DNA from: Bispira polyomma
Lineage: Eukaryota
Direction: 5' to 3'
NCBI GenBank assembly: GCA_965649765.1
Contig: OZ287756.1
Span: 57,350,001-57,414,000, forward strand
DNA length: 64,000 nt
Both the position numbers and the translations under genes were made by a program. Under the pieces are notes generated by a model. It was not told the DNA's origin. It saw only the letters and a program-made list of their open reading frames with translations, and did no database searches. Positions within the stretch are counted from its first letter, which is position 1. The number at the start of each line of letters is the position of its first letter. This document shows, piece by piece, positions 36,235 through 49,206 of this stretch.

Positions 36235-36680
36235 CTACCGTTACAATATTATGACAGTATACAACAATAACGTAACTAGGAAGACACCTTCTAACAAGCA
36301 TTCAGTAAACCGTCACTGTATCTTAATACAGTATATCATCAATAATACATAGTGCTTAAAATTTTTATATCAATGCAGTTGACCCATATGTGTCACTGAT
36401 AGTAGATTTAACAGCAATTATATGCTAAACCACGGACTAGCCGAAATCGATTGCTCGACCCCAAGGGGCGAGTGAGAAAGTTGCAATTTGTATAACACGG
36501 CCCAGGAGGGCTAGGGCATCCATCGCCTGGCAAGGGTAGATCCAGCCTCTCAGAGCCCATTTTCAACCCTGGCTCCCTAGGCGTGATGCTCAGGGGTGGG
36601 TTAAAGAAGACTGTATCAAGCCCCCACTCGGCCTCTAAGGCAAATAACTTAATCTAGTTGTGGTAAGGGGAGGAGGTGGG

Positions 36681-37084
36681 CAAATTAACGTGTGTATGCT
36701 TCAGTATCAAGAAGCTTAATGGAGAGCTTCTGGAGGGAAAATGTATTGTTGCTTAACACAAAGAACTGGCTGGGTGTATGGTTGGATGGACAGAGCGAAA
36801 GAAACCAATCCATTCGCCAGGGGTTTAATTAAGGTAGTTTGTAATATAGTGTGTGGGGTCAACTGAAGTATCAGACCCCTTTAGGGTCTTGATGTCTACA
36901 GTTTACCCAAGTAAAGGTAAGTCAAGGTCAGGATATGAAGAGAGGTGCTATATGTGGTTGGAAGTGATGTAATAGGTTAAATGTTTGGAAGAATTTATTT
37001 TCTATACATGTTAGAATCTATTTACAAAATAATAGTGGGTTAAAACCTACTTTTAAAAATTATAAAATAATTTTTAAAATGCCC
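36681..37084 (-). repeat. E4 A2 and B1 internal repeats
   Basis: A2 (218 bp) matches 42165-42382 and abuts B1. Confidence 0.93.
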
Positions 37085-37092
37085 AAGCCAAA

Positions 37093-38069
37093 CTAAAGGA
37101 ATTTAGGGATAGAGGAAGCAAAGGTGAGGGGGACTGAGGAAGCTGCCTTTGAAGTCTTCTGGAGGTAAGTCCAGACCGCAGACGACCTCCACAGTCCATG
37201 TGACATTATATTTTGTAATGAAACATTATTGCTAAAAGCAAATGTTGCTCCAGAGCGCCTGAAAGCATGGAAAGTGTGTGATTTTTGTGGAATGCCAGCG
37301 TATGTTAGTATAGAGGCTAGAGCAGAGCGAATGTGTGTGTCTACTATGGGTTCATGAGGCAGTGTGCCAGACACAAATAAAGGATGAGTGTCTGGAAGAA
37401 CCCTAGAAGTTAGTAAGTTTTCCAGTGCTGTCACTGGACATAATTCTTTATTTTCTAGTAGAGGAAGTTGAATGATATGGACCTCACCCCTAGTTTGTAA
37501 GTTTTTGGCCCATTTGATGATGACATGAGCTCCTGGAGGGCCAAAAATGATATATTTCCTTAATAGGTGTCGGGTGTGATCAAATTGTGCCCTGGAGTGG
37601 GGAGTAATGTTAGAAATTCTAAGGAAACCAAAGAATGATAGTAAAAAGATGGCTCTGTACAGTATAGGATCTTGTAGGGAATTGCATGCTTTAGATATAA
37701 GTAGTAAGTGTTGGATTTCAAAGATTCCTTTTGGTAAGGGGTTAAATTGAGAATTGTGGGCTAAGCTGCGAATGAACATAGCTACAGTGTTGTTCTCGAA
37801 AATAGTGGTATCTAGATGATATTTTTTAGCAATAAATTTTATACCAGCCAAGTAATTGTTAATTGCCCCTGTAGATGTACCATTCTGTACTAAATATTCC
37901 ATGAATGCTATCACCACATTGGTAGTAATAGTAGGAACCCCAGCAAAGCAGGTGAATGCTAAAAATGTTCTAAACTGTTGCTTATATGCTGACATGGTCT
38001 TTGGTCGTAGTGCTGTGTTAATTCTTTCCCATGCTGAGCCCACAAGCTCCTGTGTAGCCTGAGTGGATC
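37093..38069 (-). CDS. E4 tyrosine recombinase (probable exon start 38069)
   Basis: LRISNI, WAKN, HAFRR, HGLW and WTYL are intact. No ATG at the ORF start; TTTCAG acceptor present. Confidence 0.9.
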
Positions 38070-38081
38070 CTGAAATTCAAC

Positions 38082-40736
38082 AGAAATGTCAAAATTAAAG
38101 AAATTAAGTGGGATTTGTTGCCACACGAAATCTTCTCTTGATAAGACATTCTGTTCCTTAACTGAAAAGTGTTCAGAATAAATTCTAGAAAGTGCATCTG
38201 CTATGCAATTTTTCTTCCCCTTAATGTGATCTATTTGTAATGTGATGTCGAATTCTGCTGTAAGTAACCATATATTCCTAAGACATAGCGCTAAGAATTC
38301 ATCCTTAGTCTTATTAGTACCAACGACTAGTACCACCGCCATGTTGTCACAAAATATGTTAATAGTGCTGTGTCTCCACTGTTCACCCCAGACTTTGAGA
38401 GCTATCAAAATATTTAACATTTCAATGTGTACAATGGTAAGAGGCCTATTGTATACATTTTATAAGGGAGAAGCGTAGACCTGTTGGTTGTAAATTCCCC
38501 CTATACCTGTTAAGCAGGCATCTATATATACGATGTTAATATCAACATCAATTTTCGAATTTATGTAAGTTATTCCGTTATAGCGTTTAAGAAAAGTAAT
38601 AAACCAGGCAATGTCTGCCTTCATAACTGGAGTAATTTTGAACCGTTTTGCTTGAGGGTTACCACGGAATGCCATAAGAAGTCTATTAATGAAAACTCTA
38701 GCAGGTCTAACACATTTGTGTATATATAGTAGTTTACCTAACAATGATTGGAATTTGCTGCGAGATATCCAGTGTTTATTAAAAATGTCAGTACATAACT
38801 GGTGAGTCTCCCCAATCTTTTCTTTGGTTATACTAATTGTACCTGCAATTAAGTCAATGTCAATACCTAGACAAGTAATTTTGGTGTCAGGAGCTGATAA
38901 TTTGTCAGCATTAACGGGAAGTCCCAGTGACACGACTAAATCATGAAGATCTTGAAAAGCTTTGTCTGCTGTATTTTCCTCCGATATACCTACGTAATCA
39001 TCAATATAACAAAATACCTTATGATCAATTTTTTCCATGGCATAGGCAATTATGTCTGAGCAACGCTGAAAGGCCGCGGAGCCGTGGACCCAGCCGAACG
39101 CGACCGCTGGATCCACGTACTTACCGCCTTCAAAACATATCCCTAGTTTCATAGCGTCCACCGGATCAACGTGCAAATTTCTAAAAGCCCTAGAAACGTC
39201 CAACTTAAAGATTCTCGGATTTTTGGTAATACGTATTTGTTGTACTATATCGTCTATGGTAGGAAATTTTAATGTAAATTGGATACCGTCAAATAGAAGT
39301 TTATCAACATTATCATTAAGTGATTGACCCTGTGGGTGTGATAGGTTCAATATAACTCTACGTTTATTTAAGTCTTTAGGACGAGTGAGGAGGGGCGAAC
39401 AGTGGTACAAGTCGCTATGTATATTCTCTACTGGCCGGAACATGGCGCCATTGACTTTTTCTTTCTGCAGATAGTGACTAACTTCAGCCTTAAACTGTAG
39501 AGCTGAGTAATGATTGTTAGCCTCCTTAACCTTGAGAGAAGTCGGGTCATTCAAGGAAAGAGGGAAGCCGAATTTTAAGTATTGTATAAGTAACTTATCT
39601 GGGTGATCTGCTAAGATTCTTTCCCATTGTTCAATGTTAAGGCCTGAAATTAAAGGAATTTGTGCTCCTTTATAGTTGGGGCAACCTGTGTCCCTAATAA
39701 TACTGGCTACGTAAGCCATTTGGTCAACAGAAGAGATTAACATGGGAGCCCTGTCTGGACCTGTAAAAGTAAAATTTGAGTTGGATAACATGAGAAAACC
39801 CCTATTCTTATCAGGTAAGTTCATGTCTGTAATGTCCTTATTGCCCTTAAGAACTTGTGACTGAAAATGTGAGGTTTTCCCGAAGAAGTCGGTGAACGAC
39901 ACCAAGACATTATCCTGTTGCATGCTTACTGGCTTAGCTACAGTCACAGGCTGAGCAGCCAACACTGACTGATCATTGTCATCATTTTCTATGATCATGT
40001 CAATAATATTAGTTATAAATTCTGTATAAGTACATAGATGGCTCCTAACTGAGGCCATGTCTTTGTGATAATTTCCAAAAACCTCATGGGGGCTAAGATC
40101 CCCCTGTGAGTTAACAACAGGGTTGAGACACACAGACTCCTGGTCACCTTGTATATATGATACCAGAACAAAAGTTTGAAAAGTTTGAATTATACTGATG
40201 GGACCCTCTGGAAGGACATCACATCTGATGTAATCATAGTTTTGATTATCCGAACTTGGCTTCTGAAAGAAAAAACCTGCAAAGTTACCTTTGACAGCCC
40301 TTAGATAAATGATAGGTAAGGTTTCAATGTTGTCAAAGAAGCAATGTGACCAATTGGTAATTTGAACAATTACTTCACACATGTGTGACCTAATGTCTGT
40401 GTACGTCTTCCCTGGAGCATACTGCATTAGTCCATTATCATTACACATATATACACCATTATATGAGGACCCTGTACTGGTGTCCATGATAGCTGCAGTA
40501 TATAGAGAATTGAAGTCATTTTGTTGGAATCTAAAATTGACCCCCTTATTATCATTAGTATTACACGTGCTGCCTTCACTCTGGCAGAGCACTTCAAATT
40601 CTTTATCAGTACTAATATTGACATGACTATATGTAGGTATGAAATAATTTCGACTCTTAGCTATATTCTGACTAATCACACTCAGTTCCCTACAGTACTT
40701 CCCCAATGTGCGTTCAGCTAGTCGTTGGTTACTGTC
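38082..40736 (-). pseudogene. pol: E4 Pol (RT/RNase H) with an in-frame stop at 38460-38462
   Basis: KLDVSRAFRN, AFG, YIDD, DACLTG, then after the stop HIEMLN, CDN, ADALSR in the same frame. The 3' limit is approximate because this frame stays open to 37959. Confidence 0.88.
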
Positions 40737-41921
40737 CTAACTATTATTGCTTTTATTGTCCTGCTGTTTGGACGAATTCGCCCTGTAACACTTAAATTCC
40801 GGATGTAATGAGTCCTTGTGTAGGACGGTAGCGCAGTGCCAGCAAACGTGGCGGTACTGGCCGTGGTCTGACTTGTTAGTACACTTTCCCGTGTTGAAGA
40901 GCTTGCAAATAGTTCTCGCTGACTGTGAATTATGTGAGCCGTGGGCGTTTAATCGGTTAAGCGCCCACTGCGTTTTGTCAGCCCATTGGAGTCTGCCCTC
41001 TTCTACCTCATGCATGTTGTGTAGCCATGCAGTTCTTACCACCTCCCATGGGAAAGATGCAGCGTCTCTTAGAGAGAGGATGACCTGTCGCACCATTTCT
41101 CATGATGTCGACGAATCAGACACTTGTAAGGCGTTAGCCAGTTGTCCCGCCGCCCACTGTGGTAACGATAGTTCGTCGAACGTCGGACGCTTTCGTCCCG
41201 TGTCGTCCACCCAGCCTTCGTTGGCCCATCTAAGCTTAGGGTCAGATGTGGGTATATCAGTGCTGTTAAAGCGCCCTGACTTTTGTCGAACAGGCTTACC
41301 TTGAGTGAACGTGCGGTGCGCCTGTGATTCATATTCAGCCAATCTCTGGTTTACAATGGCTTGGACCTCTGGAATGGATTTGAGGACACCTACTTTAGGC
41401 ACCACAGCTTCCTTTGTATAATCTGTGTATTGGAAGCGCTGAGAGTGTGGCTGCAGTACTGAAGCTGCCCCCAGTGGGACATATGGGGCCGTTGTCGCTG
41501 GTCTGTGTGCATATAGATTGTGAGATGGAGATCTGACAGGGGTAGATTGTGGATTCTCCCTAGCTTCCATCCGGTCGAGCCTGCAAGTTAGCGCTTCATT
41601 TGACTTCTCCAGTTTCTCGAACATGGCCAGCATCGCCGGCATCATTGTACTGTCAGCACTAGAAGTCGGGATCGGCCCTTGATTAAATAGGGGATTCGTG
41701 TGACTAGCAGTAGTCGTCGGTATCTGTTGGCCTAACTGGGGGGATGCAAACTGTGCGGCATTCTCTGGGTACAAGGGTAGTCGTAAATTTGTTAATAAAC
41801 TGTCATTTACCTGCCCCTCTGTGATCTTTTTCTTTGAAGATTTTACACGTCCAGTACTTTTCTTAGATGTCCTGGTCTTTACTCGAGCTTCCTCTGAAGG
41901 TGTCTTTTTTGGTTTCCCCAT
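40737..41921 (-). pseudogene. gag: E4 gag with an in-frame TGA at 41100-41102
   Basis: ORFs 41100-41921 and 40737-41096 share a frame; TFDELSLPQW, EVEEGRLQW and the zinc knuckle are present. Confidence 0.85.
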
Positions 41922-42164
41922 TTCGTTACCAGGTGCAGATTCACTAAATCACTAAAACCACTAGTGTCGTGAATACATTCAGTTAATTAATAAACACTGC
42001 TATCGTCCATAACACGCACTAAAATCAACAAAAATAAAACCCATAAATGCACATTCCAATTATTCCTCGCCACATAAAATACTTCACACTAAAACATAAA
42101 ATAATTGTAAATAAAATAAGAAACATAAGATGAACAAGTTTCTTAATTCCTTTCCTCAAATTTC

Positions 42165-42382
42165 CAAATTAACGTGTGTATGCTTCAGTATCAAGAAGCT
42201 TAATGGAGAGCTTCTGGAGGGAAAATGTATTGTTGCTTAACACAAAGAACTGGCTGGGTGTATGGTTGGATGGACAGAGCGAAAGAAACCAATCCATTCG
42301 CCAGGGGTTTAATTAAGGTACTTTGTAATATAGTGTGTGGGGTCAACTGAAGTATCAGACCCCTTTAGGGTCTTGATGTCTA
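42165..42382 (-). repeat. E4 split direct repeat A1
   Basis: Matches 36681-36898. Confidence 0.93.
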
Positions 42383-44102
42383 GACAGTACTTTACAAAAA
42401 TATAGTTGAAAAAGACAAGAACCTTGTATTAATAATGTCCTTATGTCATGTAACTGTATGGTAGTTTTAAATTTTAAAATTCTATAAAAACTTATTTGCA
42501 CAGATATTTTTAGAAAATCTAACGAATTTTATAAATAAAATGCTCCAAACTAAATCTGGCTTTCCAACATCAAAACCTAACTTCAACTGAAACTTATTAA
42601 CTTCTTATGTGACCTTCACAGGTCACATTTTCAAAATTTTGATGAGACTGTACATAGTAGGTAATACAATGCCAGTACAAGCATAAAAGGACTAGTCTGG
42701 TTATAATTACACAGTTATGCCATTACCTCACAAATAAGACGCATTACAACAATATGTGTTATACAGCATAATGGAAGCTTAGTAGTGTAACCCGACTAGG
42801 ATTAGCTCATGAACTATGTGTTGAAACATAATAATACATTAAAAAACATTGAAAAAGTTAGCCAATATGAATAAGGTAAGAGCTTACAAATGAAAAAAAA
42901 AAAAAAATTGAGGAAAAATCCGATGGTGGCGGAAATGCAATTTCCAATGTTTACTGTTTGGAATATCATTCAATACTGTGCCTAATTACACACGAGCTAA
43001 TTAAAAGAGGGGTGATTGGTTAATACAAGAAAGGGGGTTCGACAGAAGAGGGAACAATAATAGATCTATTACCAAGAATTTAGGTGGGATAGGGAACTGA
43101 CCCAGCAGGCTCCACAAGTGATTGTGCTGGATAACGTTCCATAATGTGGGAAGACAGAAGGAAAATAAAGGGGTGAAGTAAAAGAGAATGTAATATAAAA
43201 GTTTATTTTGTACAAATTAGTATATTTATATAAAGAATTACAGTGTGTAAAATATTATATTTAATTAAATTTAAAAGGCAAATAAAATATGCAATCAACC
43301 TAAACCCAAATTACAGAGATAAAAGGATGATAGTGGAGAAATTGGTAGGGATGATGGAAGCAGCCTGTGAGTTGGCCCTAAAGTATTTCCACACAGCACA
43401 ACTATGCCTCTATCCATGTGAAATGATGTTTCAGGGGGAAAATGTTATTATTTATAGGTGGTGTAGCCCCAGATCTACGGAATGTATGAAAACCATGGAT
43501 TGAATGCTCAATCCCTATATTTCAAGTAGACTATAGGATAATGATGAAGGGCAGCAGAAGGGAGGTTACTAGAGCTTTATTGCAGGTTGTTACACTACAT
43601 GCAAACTTGACCTATAATTGCTTGTTCTTTACCCATGTTATAATGATGTGGACATCAGGACGACAGAGTAGCATTATTGGCGTATGGAGGAAAACTCCAG
43701 ATTAATCGATGGCTGGAGTCAGTAGAACGCTCAACATGGTTGACTTGCAACATTTTGTAACTGCACTATGTATTTTTATTCAAACAGAGATAACACCTGC
43801 CAATAATAATATAAATATATGAACAACTTGTCATAGAAAATTGCCCTTGTGAATAGTTTGTGGTGTTTACATTTATTGAATAGCGTTGGCTTGGTTTGAT
43901 CCAGGTAAAATATTCCACCCTTTTTAATTTCAACAAACTTTAATGTGTATGTTAGAATAATTACCACATTTACCACAAATTTCACAGCTACATCAATGAC
44001 AATAAATAACCAAATTAACATATCAGGTAAAGCATGACAAATGTTAATTTGTAAACTGCTTACCCTGCAATATAGAATTATGGGTATGGACACAGGTAGG
44101 TC

Positions 44103-44690
44103 ACACTTTAATTTGTAACACCATAATCCAAGAATTAACACACATATTGATTCGATGAGGTACATGTACAAGTATAGGTTTGCTTTTGGTCAATATTTTC
44201 TTCATAAACAATTTGCCACAATTATAACTACTGCAGTCATTCTGTGAATAAGTCAATATTAACAACCTATTCATATAATTAACAAGTAAGATAAAATTAC
44301 ATACCTCCTCCAAAGAGAAACAGTACTGAACAAAAACATTTCAAACATTAAGTGTACTATCTGCACCAATATTTAGCTATTTTAACTATGCCATAAACAC
44401 TTTAATTTGTAACACCATAATCCAACAATTAAAACACATATTGATTCAATGAGATAGGTTTACAAGTATAGATTTGCTTTTGGTCAATATTTTTCTCATA
44501 AACAATCTGCCACAATTATAACTACTACAGTGACTATGTGGATAAGTCAATATTAACAACCTAATTATATAATTAACAAGTAAAATAAAATTACATACCT
44601 TCTCCAAAGAGAAACAGTACTGAACAAAAACATTTCAAACATTAGGTGTACTATCTTTACCAATATTTATTTTTTTTAACTGTGCCAAAA
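44103..44690. repeat. Tandem duplication, about 294-bp unit, downstream of the GPCR
   Basis: ACACTTTAATTTGTAACACCATAATCCAA...AAACATTTCAAACATTA occurs twice. Confidence 0.9.
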
Positions 44691-44702
44691 ACCTTGCACA
44701 CA

Positions 44703-45662
44703 TTATTTCTTACACAAATTCATTATAAGTCTTTTAAACTCCTCCCGAAAAACATCATATTTTGCAGTATAGATAAACGGAATCAAGCCGCAGTTTAAAT
44801 ATATTGTGAAACTTATGACATCTAAAATGACCTGTGGTGTATTGGTGGTAAGATTACTCGTTGTTTCTATTACCAGTAGAATCACGGTGGGGATGTAGCA
44901 AAGGATGAAGCAGAAAGAAATCAGGGCCATGGTTTTCAGAATATTCAGCTGTCTCTTGGATATACCATATTGTGACTGATTCCCCGGGTTGTAAGTCCCG
45001 ACCAAGCGGTTTCTTTTCCTTAGCTCAAAGAAGATCTTGGTGTAGATGATTATGATGACTATAATTGGCACAACCACCAGCACCAGAGATCCAATCAAAC
45101 CAATGGCTGTTACCATCCAACTTTGTATGATTAAATGATTAAATGGTATGCATCTGCCACAGAAGATGCCACTCGTAAGCGGAAACTGCAGTGAAATATA
45201 CACTGCAAAGATGGTGACACCCAACACACTAGACCAGGCCAGCTTCTTGCTGAAGTGCTTCATATGGAGAACTGGATGCACTACTATGAAGTACCTCTCC
45301 AAAGTGAGTAGCATCAGGTTGTATGTGGAAGCTATAAAAGGCACCAATACAAAGAACTCTGATGTCAAGAGCTTGCAGACAACCTGGTTGATGAAGTTGT
45401 CATGGATCAGTTGGAATGGTAGCTTGCAGAGTATCAGGAATAGTCCACACAGAAAATCAAACACAGTTTGGCTGGTGATAAATATGTTGACCTTATCATT
45501 CCGTATTTTGGTACTCTTCAGCATCACATACATAACAATGGCATTGCCAATGGACAAAAACGCACCTGTTGTGTATTTCAGAATGACCTGCAGATCGATC
45601 TGTTCATTTGTCCTCGGCAATGAGACAGCTTCAACAGTTGAGCAGGAGTTCACAATGTCCAT
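44703..45662 (-). CDS. Intronless class A (rhodopsin-like) GPCR; ancestral start at 45982 separated by a SINE
   Basis: GN in TM1, ERY..VVHP, TM3 Cys, CFILCYIP, and a PFIY (NPxxY-like) motif; seven hydrophobic segments. Confidence 0.9.
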   Translation of the reverse strand: MDIVNSCSTVEAVSLPRTNEQIDLQVILKYTTGAFLSIGNAIVMYVMLKSTKIRNDKVNIFITSQTVFDFLCGLFLILCKLPFQLIHDNFINQVVCKLLTSEFFVLVPFIASTYNLMLLTLERYFIVVHPVLHMKHFSKKLAWSSVLGVTIFAVYISLQFPLTSGIFCGRCIPFNHLIIQSWMVTAIGLIGSLVLVVVPIIVIIIIYTKIFFELRKRNRLVGTYNPGNQSQYGISKRQLNILKTMALISFCFILCYIPTVILLVIETTSNLTTNTPQVILDVISFTIYLNCGLIPFIYTAKYDVFREEFKRLIMNLCKK

Positions 45663-45675
45663 CTCTGGTGTTGAT

Positions 45676-45931
45676 GGGGCCGCGGTGGCCTAGTGGTTAG
45701 CAAGCATTGCGCTTCACAATCACTGGTCTCTCACCTCTGGGCGGTGTGAGTTTGAATCCTGCCGATGCCTATGTGGGAAAGATGGTAGTTCCTTGCTGTG
45801 GGCCGCTGGTTTCTCTGCAGAACCTTGACCAACTGTATGCAGTGTTTCTTCCAGCATTTCCAACTACCTGTCCCAATATAACCTACTAAAAGGTACTAGA
45901 GTGGACGTTGAATATCTAAATTCAAATTCAA
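45676..45931 (+). mobile_element. tRNA-derived SINE, copy 2
   Basis: Same family as 18023; 13-bp TSD CTCTGGTGTTGAT. Confidence 0.93.
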
Positions 45932-48099
45932 CTCTGGTGTTGATATGTTATCTGCAATTGTATCAATAAATCCAGTTGACATTCATGTTGTTGTTTCTGC
46001 TATTGTGTATTATTATTTACAGGACAATGTAGTGAACTATTGAAAGGTGGCGTTTTAACTACTCCTTTAACATGTCGCTCTATATATACATCGCCAAGGA
46101 AGTTTGATAACCACTTGCATGCTTATATACTGAAACTCAACCTTAGCATGAAATGAAAGACATTTAGTGTATTATTATATACTGCACATTCAGTATATTT
46201 ACTTAGATTTATACATCAATCGGTATTTTAGTTATAGTAAGTGTTAGAAAACGATTAAGACTGTTTTTTTTGCAATTTGTAATTTTATAAGTTTGCATTT
46301 GTGACTTAACAGTGTGTCCACACCAATGCGGATATTCACTTTATTATACCATCTCACAACATGCTATATCCACTTACAGTAATTAATTTTGGACATAAAA
46401 AACAGAAAAAACCCAATGTGTTCTAAAGAATTCCTAACATTACAAACCATTATGAGTCATTCTCTAAAAGTGCAAATTTTGATTAGCTGTTAATGTGAAT
46501 GCCACTCATAAGGCATCCTTAATAAACCAAATGCAAATTGCCTGTGGATAACTCTTTGTTGTATAGAAAGTAATGAACCCGAATTGTACTTGGTACACTA
46601 CATGTGTGGCATTAGAGTATCAGATTATGAAATTCAAGATTGAATCTGCCTTTCTATCCAGATATACAACAAAATATAAGGAATTATTGGCTGAAGATAT
46701 ATTTTATGTGAATTGTTTAAGTAGTATTTCTGTACTCCGACTAACGAGCAACCACATATAAACTAAACATAAATTGCTGGATGAGGCAATGTTTCATCTA
46801 AAACATCAATATTAAACACAAACCCAGTTTAAATTTGGAGGTGAATTGTATAATATGTTTAGAATTATAAGGACACATCGTAAAATTTTGTCACATTTGT
46901 TTAAGATTCTGATATAAATTATTTATTTGTGGAATGATACTGTATAAAATAAGGATTGTAACCTTAAAAGGACAATTAAAAAATAAGAACCAAACAAGAA
47001 ATAAACCAAACACTTCTAAATTAAATCCAAAGAGCATTTAACAATGAATATACTGAATATGATAATGTGACAGCCCACAGTTATAATACAGAATGTCCTA
47101 TTGTTTTGTCATTGAAATTATATCCTATGGAAATCCTGCCTTTCTTATCACTGACATATGTACACTGGACATGTGTAGACTGAAATATTCATGAAGTAGC
47201 AAGTAATGTGCAAAACTGCCAAAAACTAAATTGCCATGTAGAGTTACCAAGATATATATCCTACAAGTTCCCTGGATTGACTGGCTTGCAAATAACGTAA
47301 ACAATGATGAATTTATATGCAGGTGTCAGGTAAAATGTGCAAATATATAAAGGTGCATTTAATAAGAAGTAGCATAATCACTATGTTGTTTTAATAGTTC
47401 ATATATTCAATTAGCACTTAATGGATTTCAATTTTGTAAAATCAGCTAAAAAGTATATTAATTTATTGTTCAGGACATAGGACTATACAATTTCTAGCTC
47501 TAAATGTGAAAGTTGAATTAAATCAATGTAAATTTACCTCAAATTGTTGTATTTTTCTATTTTATATGCAATTTTTTTCTTTCACTTCTAATATCTCAAC
47601 CAAAATTTGCAAAACAGTCAACAAGTGCATTTATTTATCGTTTTGGACATCTAACTTTACAGTTTTGATCTCTAATGATAACCGATATATTATATTTTAA
47701 TCAATTTTATTCAATGTTATACATTAGTAATATAGTGCAAAATGTATACCCCTGAATACATGTTGTTTGTTCTATATTTGTTTGTGCATTTTTCTTTATT
47801 GTTGACTACCTAGATTGTGTGTAAAGTATAATTATTACTCTATTATTTATTTTTGCTGTATCTGCTTTGTAAATATTGGTAAATTAAAATTGGAAATAAA
47901 ATAGAAAAAAAGAAAGAAAAAAATTACAACATTCATTCCTTTTATAACATATTTACAATATTTCTAATTGAGATGCTTTGTTTTTGTTTACCAAAACCGT
48001 TTCCTGGTATATATTTTTGACCAAAGCTATAATAAAGCTTCTTAAAATATTGGTGTGTGTTTGTTAAGTGATATGGAAGGCGAAAGTACAGGTTCATCT

Positions 48100-48840
48100 A
48101 TACCACCCCATCTACACACAAACAGATACAGAGCTAGAAGGTGAGACTGTTAGCAATGTACCACCCCATCTACACACAAACAAGTACAGAGCTCGAAGGT
48201 GAGACTGTTAGCAATGTACCACCCCATCTACACACAAACAAGTACAGAGCTCGAAGGTGAGACTGTTAGCAATGTACCACCCCATCTACACACAAACAAA
48301 TACAGAGCTTGGAGGTGAGACTGTTAGCAAAGTATTACTCCATCTACACACAAACAAGGGGCCGCGGTGGCCTAGTGGTTAGCAAGCATTGCGCTTCACA
48401 ATCACTGGTCTCTCACCTCTGGGCGGCGTGAGTTCGAATCTCGTCGATGCCTATGTGGAAAAGGTGGTAGTTCCTTACTGTGGGCCGCTGGTTTCTCTGC
48501 AGAACCTTGACTGACTGTATGCAGTGTTTTCTCCAGCGTTTCCAACTACCCGTCCCAATATAACCTACTAAAAAGTACTAGAGTGGATGGACGTTAAATA
48601 TCCAAAATTCAAATTCAAACTACACATAAACAAATACAGAGCTAGGAGGTGAGACTGTTAGCAATGTATTACTCCATCTACACACAAACAGATACAGAGA
48701 TTAGAGGTGAGAGTGTTAGCAATATACCACCATATCTACACACAACCAAATACAGAGCTTGGAGGCGAAAGTGTTAGCAATGTATCACCCTATCTACACA
48801 CAAACAGATACAGAGCTTGGAAGTGAGATGTTAGCAATGT
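48100..48840. repeat. 58-bp minisatellite, about 8 units, interrupted by a SINE
   Basis: Unit TACCACCCCATCTACACACAAACAAGTACAGAGCTCGAAGGTGAGACTGTTAGCAATG. Confidence 0.92.
48358..48619 (+). mobile_element. tRNA-derived SINE, copy 3
   Basis: Same family; TSD CTACACA(C/T)AAACAA. Confidence 0.92.
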
Positions 48841-49206
48841 CCCATCCAAGAACACGTAACTGATAATATGCAAAGCAACACTTTATATAGATTAATGGAA
48901 TTTTATTATTCCATTTATTGTTTAAGTATTTAGGATACCAAACACAACGTTTTTCATTGTAAAATTTAATTGTAGATGGGAACTGATAATGTCTCCATAT
49001 GTCTGTGTTTCAAGTTTCAATCAATAAAGTGATACATGGACATCAGTTTTCGAGTGGAGAGAACCACTGTGTTAAGATTACTGTATTGGAAACGTCACTG
49101 GTCTTAAACAAGTCTACTGCCAAAAATTCAACATCTTAGGGCTGCAATACATATGTATACATTCAATGGCAATACAGGCCACTGTAAATTTCACAATAAC
49201 ACAATA

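Larger units (their letters stand above)
36049..42382 (-). mobile_element. E4: Ngaro-type YR retrotransposon (nonsense mutations in gag and pol)
   Basis: A1 42165-42382, A2 36681-36898, B1 36899-37084, B2 36049-36234; gag, pol and YR lie between A1 and B1. Confidence 0.93.

Noticed and set aside
45148-45693. 181-aa plus-strand ORF, and similar antisense ORFs over gag/pol/YR
   Set aside because: Shadow ORFs opposite real coding sequence with no recognisable motifs.
48100-48840. Regular repeats as a possible CRISPR array
   Set aside because: Whole 58-bp units repeat with no unique spacers, there are no cas genes, and the context is eukaryotic.
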